From the NCBI GenBank assembly GCA_964016885.1, contig OZ024753.1, positions 6,510,001 to 6,574,000 of the forward strand: a DNA stretch of 64,000 nt, in the 5' to 3' direction. Source of the stretch: Eledone cirrhosa (taxonomy: Eukaryota). Below, piece by piece: positions 57,576 through 64,000 of this stretch (positions are counted from its first letter, which is position 1; the number at the start of each line of letters is the position of its first letter). The translations under genes and the position numbers were made by a program. The notes under the pieces are model-generated. The model searched no databases, was not told the origin of the DNA, and saw only the letters and a program-made list of their open reading frames with translations.

Positions 57576-58128
57576 CATGCACATATATATATATATGCAC
57601 GTATCGGTTTACCGAACATTTATTATAATGCTTATTTGTCTGTAAACAAATAAACAGCCCGAATTACGCCGTACAGTGTTTAGGCAACCACGTTACCCTT
57701 TTGTTCAACACTGACACAGGAACGATGTACTAGTTTCAAGCTTATTAGCTATCGTCAGCATCGTATACATTCCTGACAGATGGTTGAACGTCTGAAAGTA
57801 TATACTTTCCTTATGCATATTAACGGCTGAGCAGCCTAATTTGCATATCGAGTGAGTTTAGTCGGCCGGGCGCACCGAAAACGATAAATGGAATAGAATG
57901 AAACGAAATTTCATTTCTCACACTTAGTACGGCACTTACTTAAATGTAAGTATGTATGTATACGTACATACATATATGTATACAGACGTACAGTAGTATG
58001 TATATATATACATATATGCACACATATATGTGCGCATGTATGTATATATATACATACTACTGTAAGTCTGTATATATATGAATGTATGTATACATACATA
58101 CATACTTACGTCATATATATATATATAT

Positions 58129-58296
58129 GCCGTTCCTACAGCTAGATGCTAAAGTCAAAATTTGGATCTAGTTGTCGAAACGGCCGGAACTCAGCCGTCG
58201 GGCTCCTGTCCTGACTTTTTTCTATTACCCACTCTACTGCCCTAAGTACTCTAGTGCATTATGGTCCACTGGTATCTTACCAGACCCTATTTGTTA
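58129..58296 (+). mobile_element. Foldback PLE-like element (GAAACGGC..GCCGTC family)
   Basis: ACAGCTAGAT..ATCTAGTTGTC-GAAACGGC-cggaactca-GCCGTC-GGG, with the shared 3' end. Confidence 0.7.
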
Positions 58297-58337
58297 TATA
58301 TATATGTGTGATTAAGCATTATATTCAGTAGACACTT

Positions 58338-58458
58338 ACGGTCTGAGTTCAAATCCCGTCGAGGTTAACTTTGCCTTTCATCCTTACGGGGGTCGATAAA
58401 ATAAAGTACCAGTAATGTACTGAGTAATTGATGGCCTTGTGCCAAAAGTAGAAACAAT
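58338..58458 (+). mobile_element. Truncated SINE A (others at 22052-22117, 30221-30282, 44273-44370)
   Basis: Family consensus. Confidence 0.85.
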
Positions 58459-59497
58459 TATATTCATTAGACACACATAGACACACACACCCATATACGT
58501 ATATTTATATGTATGTGGTTCCGGGAAATATTTGTGTGCGTTGCATGTGTTTCCTTGCGAGTTTAGGCATATTTGTTTTTAAATACTTTTTAATATGGAA
58601 ATGTTTCAACAAATTTAAAGTAAATGTAATGTATTAATGTAATGTTTATTAAGTAACAACAGACAGGTGAGCAGAAAAACTAATGCAGGTAAATATACAG
58701 TTATATATAAAGTTTATATTTCTGAATCAAAGAAATAATCCCGAAGCAGAACATTGGAATATATACAAATATAAATGGTTGTGGGGAATGTATATTTTAG
58801 AATTTAATATTTATACACTGATAGTAATATTATCATAAAATACTACAAATATTACAGAAACTGCTGTAAGGTGGTATACGCATCCGAAAAGTTGGAAATA
58901 TTCCCAAATTGCTTTCGCCATGATAAATACAAAGATTTTTCTTAATTAATTCTTCATTCACATCTTTAAAATCGATTTTAAAAAGTATTAAAAATTAAAT
59001 CTGTATTTTAAACGATGATAATTCAATTCGTCTTTCGGGAGAAGGGGAAATTAAAATGCAATCTGCGTTGAATATTTTTAACTTTCATTGTTCAGCATTT
59101 GTTAATATTCCATAAAGTTAATGTTCATTTTTCCCCACACCTGAAAAATAATCATCTAATGTGAACGTTAAAACATCCTCTGGAAGACTAAATTAAAACC
59201 CTTAAATAATTTTATATTCTAGTAAAATGCTGTAATCGAATATTTAGCTAATGGTTGGTTTATTTGTTTTCCCCAAGCAGTCATCCTGAAATGTACATAT
59301 TTGTATTTCTTTATTTATAAAACATTCCGCCAAGAATATTACTCTTTTGTGTGATAATTAGAAGAAATTGTTTAGCTACAATTGCAAGATATACACATAT
59401 TGGTAAAATATTGATGTCGCATTATTCAGTATTAAACATATTATATTTAGGGTTATGACCCTATCATGGTCGTTGTTCGACCATTTTGTTTTTCTAA

Positions 59498-59666
59498 ACT
59501 TGTGGTTGGTGTTAGGAAGGGCATCCAGCTGTAAAACGCCTGCCAGAGACACTTCCGTACGAGAAAGACATGGCCTCCCGAGCATTCCAGCATCAAGTGC
59601 AACAAAACCGTCTAACCCATGCTAGCGTGGAGGATGGACGTTAAACGATGAAGATGATGATGATGA
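59498..59666 (+). mobile_element. RTE-type tail element
   Basis: GTTAGGAAGGGCATCCAGCTGT..ACCCATGCTAGCGTGGAGGATGGACGTTAAACG(ATG)n. Confidence 0.85.
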
Positions 59667-60087
59667 ACATATGTAAGTGTTGGCAAGAAAACCGAATTGA
59701 AGACAGCGAGTTTGGCTTTTACGCCTTCTTCCTTTCTTCTGATTACCGAATGCTGAAGTAGGAGCATCACTTTCCCAGCTTCTGCAATTCTTGTACTGAA
59801 TTCAGCCTTCTGCCTTCCATCACTCGTGAACAAGGCTCCCGAGGTACTTCAACTTCAACAAGTAGGGGACCTAGGGGTAGACACCGAGGAAGGTGGTTGG
59901 ATAACATATATGAGCTTGGCTGGTCACACTTAGGGATCGAGCCAGATCAGTTGGAGTTGGTTGCTTCTGACAGGACCTGCTGGAAGGAGTGTTTGAGGAC
60001 TCTGCCCCCACGACCCTCTCAGGAATAAGTGAGCGAAGAAGAAGAAGAAGAAGAAGAAGAAGAAGAAGAAGAAGAAGAAGAAGAAGA
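59667..60087 (+). mobile_element. Expander/RTE LINE 3' end with inverted 5' segment
   Basis: Minus 59667-59860: FTSDGRQKAEFSTRIAEAGKVM..KAKLAVFNSVFLPTLTY; plus 59870-60087: RGRHRGRWLDNIYELGWSHLGIEPDQLELVASDRTCWKECLRTLPPRP*, then (GAA)n. Confidence 0.85.
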
Positions 60088-60567
60088 CTTAAGATTGTTA
60101 GGATAGGGAAACAAAGAGGGAAACGGATAAACATGCAGGATAATTTAGCTTTGTGTCAGTTTGGTCGGGGATCAAATGACGCCATGTTCGTGGCTGCATT
60201 AAAATCTTGCATGTCGTGACAAAATGTGAGGAAATTATGTTATGCAGTGATAACACCATGTTGGAAATATGTATATGCTCCGATTTACGCGAAACTTGTT
60301 TTATTCCACTTCCATTCCAGTTTCAGGGGCAACTTAATTTCAAAGTATTTTCCCTTTATTCACCATTTTGGCTGTATTAAATTACAGACAAGCACACAAT
60401 CACAGAGTTTTAGTAGTATATAGATATCAGGTGTAGTTTGAATTATGATACTTTAATATTCAGCATTCTCTGAGCAGGTCTTCGTCGTTTAGATGCAATG
60501 AATAGAACCTGGGCCTGAGTTTAACAGAATACGTATATTTTGATCTCATGTTGTCATCATATATATA

Positions 60568-60650
60568 TAACGACGGCTATTTCTGGACGTCCAGATACAG
60601 CTGTCGAAACGGCTTGACCTCTGTCGTCGGGGTCTTGAACATTTTCCTAC
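60568..60650 (+). ncRNA. Near-complete hammerhead fold of the GAAACGGC family, 5'-truncated at the core
   Basis: (c)UAACGA-CGGCUAUUUCUGGA-cg-UCCAGAUACAGCUGUC-GAAACGGC-uugaccucu-GUCGUC-GGGGUC, between (TA)n tracts. Confidence 0.55.
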
Positions 60651-60694
60651 ATATATATATATATACACACACATATTTATAAATGCATATATAT

Positions 60695-60749
<55 letters not shown>

Positions 60750-61085
60750 TATAAATGCATATATATACACATAATTATATATATATATGCATACATATTG
60801 TGTTGATACAGCAGAATATTTGAAGTTGCTACAATTTGAAAGATAAAGGCGAATTGTATTTTTTATATTTACCAATAACACTTAGATTTGTTTCATAGTA
60901 CCACACCGCAATTATCTCTTCATCAGTCAAATGTTATCTATACTAATAATTTGCATTATTAGATGTATATTGATTTATATCGTTGCGTGCATATATTCGT
61001 TTGTTGCATCAATAAATAACTGACGCTGGTTTCATTCAGTATGACAGAATCATCATTTGCTCTCAGTAATGTTTCAGACAATGTG

Positions 61086-62165
61086 TGTTTACAGAACACA
61101 TTAATAATTGTTTCTACTTTTGGCACAAGGCCAGCAATATATCCCGGTGTATTACTGGTACTTTAGTTTATCGACCCCGTAAGGCTGAAAGGCAAAGTTA
61201 ACCTAGGCTGGATTTGAACTCAGCACATAAAGGGCCATAACTATGCTGCAGGGCATGGTGTCTGGCGCTCTACCAATTGTGTCAATCCAAGACATTATTA
61301 ATAATTTCTACTTTTGGCACAAGGCCAGCAATTATACCAGTGTATTACTGGTACTTTATTTTATCGACCCCGTAAGGATGAAAGGCAAAGTTAACCTTGG
61401 CAGGATTTGAACTCCGACATAAAGCGTCATAACTCTATGCTGCAAAGCTTGGTGTCTGACGCTCTCCCGATTCTGCCAATTTAAGACATTACTAATGCTG
61501 TCTGATATAGGTACAGGACCAACAAAATTCTAAGGAGAGGAAAATCGATTAAATCGGTCCCAGTTCATTACTGGTATTTCATTTTATCGACCCCTTAAGG
61601 ATTACCAGCAAAACTAACCGCAGCGGGATTTGAACTCAGAATGTAAATGTATGGAACTAAATGTCTCAAAGCATACTATCCGGTGCTCTGCCGATGCAGC
61701 TAATCCATCACAAAGACATTAATAATGATTTCTAGTATAGGCACAAGGCCAGAAATTGGGGGGGGGGAGTCGATTAAATCGACCCAGTACATTACTGGTA
61801 CTATATTTTATCGACATCATAAGGATGAAAGGCAAAGCTAATCTAGGCGGGATTTGAACTGAGATCGGAAAGGGCCGTAATTCTATGCTGCAAAGCATGG
61901 CGTCCGACCCTCTACCGATACTGCCAATCCACCGCCCTCACACATCACATTAATAATGGGTTTTGGTCTAGGCACAAGGCCAACAATTTTTTGGGAGGAA
62001 AAAGTCAATTAAATCGACGCCAGTGTGTAACTGGTACTTTATTCTATCGACCATGTAAGGATGAATGCAATGTTAATCTCGGCGGGATTTGATCTCAGAA
62101 CGTAAAGGGAAGGAAGTATATGCCACAAAGCATATTGCCTGACACTCCACCGATAGTGTCAATTC
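61086..62165 (-). mobile_element. Array of five head-to-tail SINE A copies
   Basis: Copies at about 61086, 61304, 61500, 61730 and 61960, each preceded by ACATTAATAAT-like spacers. Confidence 0.9.
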
Positions 62166-62744
62166 CTGGCCCTGACAGCTGGCATAAATAATGATTTCAA
62201 ACATAAAAGAGATCAGAACTGACAGGGGAAAAACCATATATTATCTGATATGAAATGAGGAAAAAGAAACCCACTTGGGTTCGTATTTAAATTTAAAGCG
62301 TAGATAAATAGAACTTCTAGTGGAAAACAAATTGCTTATGGTTCTAGCAATTGTCTCATCGACCACATTTACAGGATCAATACTAATAGTATTTATTGCT
62401 GGTCGAGCTAAAAATGTCGTGCTACCTTATACAGAAATAGCCTTCCATTCTCTATCACGTTCTACTAATGCTATTTGATAATCTCCTTAAAAAGCATAAC
62501 ATATAATTCACCAACTCCACCTTCGAGTTAAATACTTCTCCCGACTATAACTACTACATAGAAAAACACCCACATCTAATTTATCTGGTATTTTGTTTGT
62601 AGATATCAATTGAGAAAAAGAGAACGTAGCATGACATATGATAGAAAATCTACTTCATATATATATATATGTGTATATATATATATGTAAATTAATAAAA
62701 ACAATGAAATAAAAACAATTCGCCGCACTTAGTAATAATAATAA

Positions 62745-62925
62745 TTGTTTCTACTTTTGGCACAAGGCCAGCAATAAACCAGTGTATTACTGGTACTTTA
62801 TTTTATCGACCCCGTAAGGATGAAAGGCAAAATTAACCTCGGCGGGATATGAACTCAGAATGGCAAGGGCCGTAACTCTATGCGTCAAAGCATAGCGTCC
62901 GACCCTCTACCGATACTGCCAATTG
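62745..62925 (-). mobile_element. SINE A
   Basis: Family consensus with (TAA)n tail. Confidence 0.9.
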
Positions 62926-63078
62926 ACCCGGCAATAATGCTTTTTAAAATGTTTCTTTATCGATGTTTTAGTATAACTTTGGTAAGTTAGCACCACCTAT
63001 CTTGTGAATGAAATATTGAGAAGCTGCTATTATTTGCGTTTTCTTTTGTAAGACCGGATAATGGAAATCATGGTTTAA

Positions 63079-63299
63079 CCCTTTAGCATTTAAACCGGCC
63101 TTATTCGGCCATAATTCTCTCACCCCTTTCTGTTCAAACCGGCCGTAACTGGCCACTCGTCCTGATGTTAAAGTATTGCTCTCAAAATAAATAATATCAA
63201 AATCTTATAGATACGGTATTATGTGAGATATCATGCAAGATAAAGCCTTAAACTGTGAAAATACAATCATAAATATAGAGTAATGTAAATGCTAAAGTG
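63079..63299. mobile_element. piggyBac-type MITE
   Basis: TTAA|CCCTTTAGCATTTAAACCGGCC ... AATGCTAAAGTG|TTAA. Confidence 0.88.
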
Positions 63300-63432
63300 T
63301 TAACAGATAAATCCTTCATTGCCGTATTAAACAGCCAAATGCTTTACCATCAAAGTTCCTCTGTATGTAGTGACTGTCTGTAGTCATAGATTATTGCCCC
63401 AACAATAGCTGAATATTACTCTTATAATTATG

Positions 63433-63790
63433 TTAGAGGGTAGGACGCCATCCTTTGCAGCATGGAGTTATGGGCCTTTACGATTCGAGTTCAAATCCCG
63501 CCGGGGTTAACTTTGCCTTTCATCCATACAGGTCGATAAAATAAAGTACCAGTAATGTACTGGAATAATTGCTGGCCTTGTGCCACAAGTAGAAATTATT
63601 AATAATGTCTTGGATTGGCAGAATTGGTAGAGCACCAGACACCATGCTCTGCAGCATAGTTATGGCCCTTTATGTTCTGAGTTCAAATCCTGCCAATGTT
63701 AACGTTGCCTTTCATCCTTACGGGGTCGATAAAATAAAGTACCAGTAATGCACTGGGTAATTGCTGGCCTTGTGCCAATAGTAGAAACAT
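63433..63790 (+). mobile_element. Two tandem SINE A copies
   Basis: 63433-63597 and 63612-63790. Confidence 0.88.
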
Positions 63791-63923
63791 TTATTATGTT
63801 TTTCCGTGACAATCTGTCTTTAGTTTATTTAGGGTTCTAATATATTCAACAAAAATTATTTCTATATTTTCTTTCTTTGTTTAGCTTTTGTCTTTGTGCG
63901 TAATTATGTATATATATGTATTG

Positions 63924-63982
<59 letters not shown>

Positions 63983-64000
63983 CATCTAACTATCTGTTTA

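Overview
AT-rich, repeat-saturated eukaryotic DNA that is intronic or intergenic. No intact host protein-coding gene is recognisable, and nearly all supplied ORFs are microsatellite or tandem-repeat translations. The tRNA-derived SINE families, RTE/CR1 LINE fragments and very long (TA)n tracts suggest an octopod cephalopod genome (inference). Contents: about 30 copies of one tRNA-SINE (family A), about 11 CORE-type SINEs (family B), several RTE and one CR1 retroposon fragments, DNA-transposon MITEs (mariner, hAT, piggyBac-type, pogo/Tigger, Harbinger-like), a probable Helitron helicase relic, several satellites and two promoter-like motif clusters. The most striking signal is a set of about ten short non-coding elements from several unrelated families. 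They sit in or beside (TA)n tracts, carry minimal hammerhead-ribozyme-like motifs (CUGANGA-like core, stem II, GAAA, palindromic stem III, UH), often followed by AATAAA, and several are folded into long palindromes (a perfect 402-bp one at 6963-7364). They are best read as Penelope-like retroelement pLTR remnants or retrozyme-like elements. All coordinates were counted by eye and may be off by a few bases; family names were not checked against any database.
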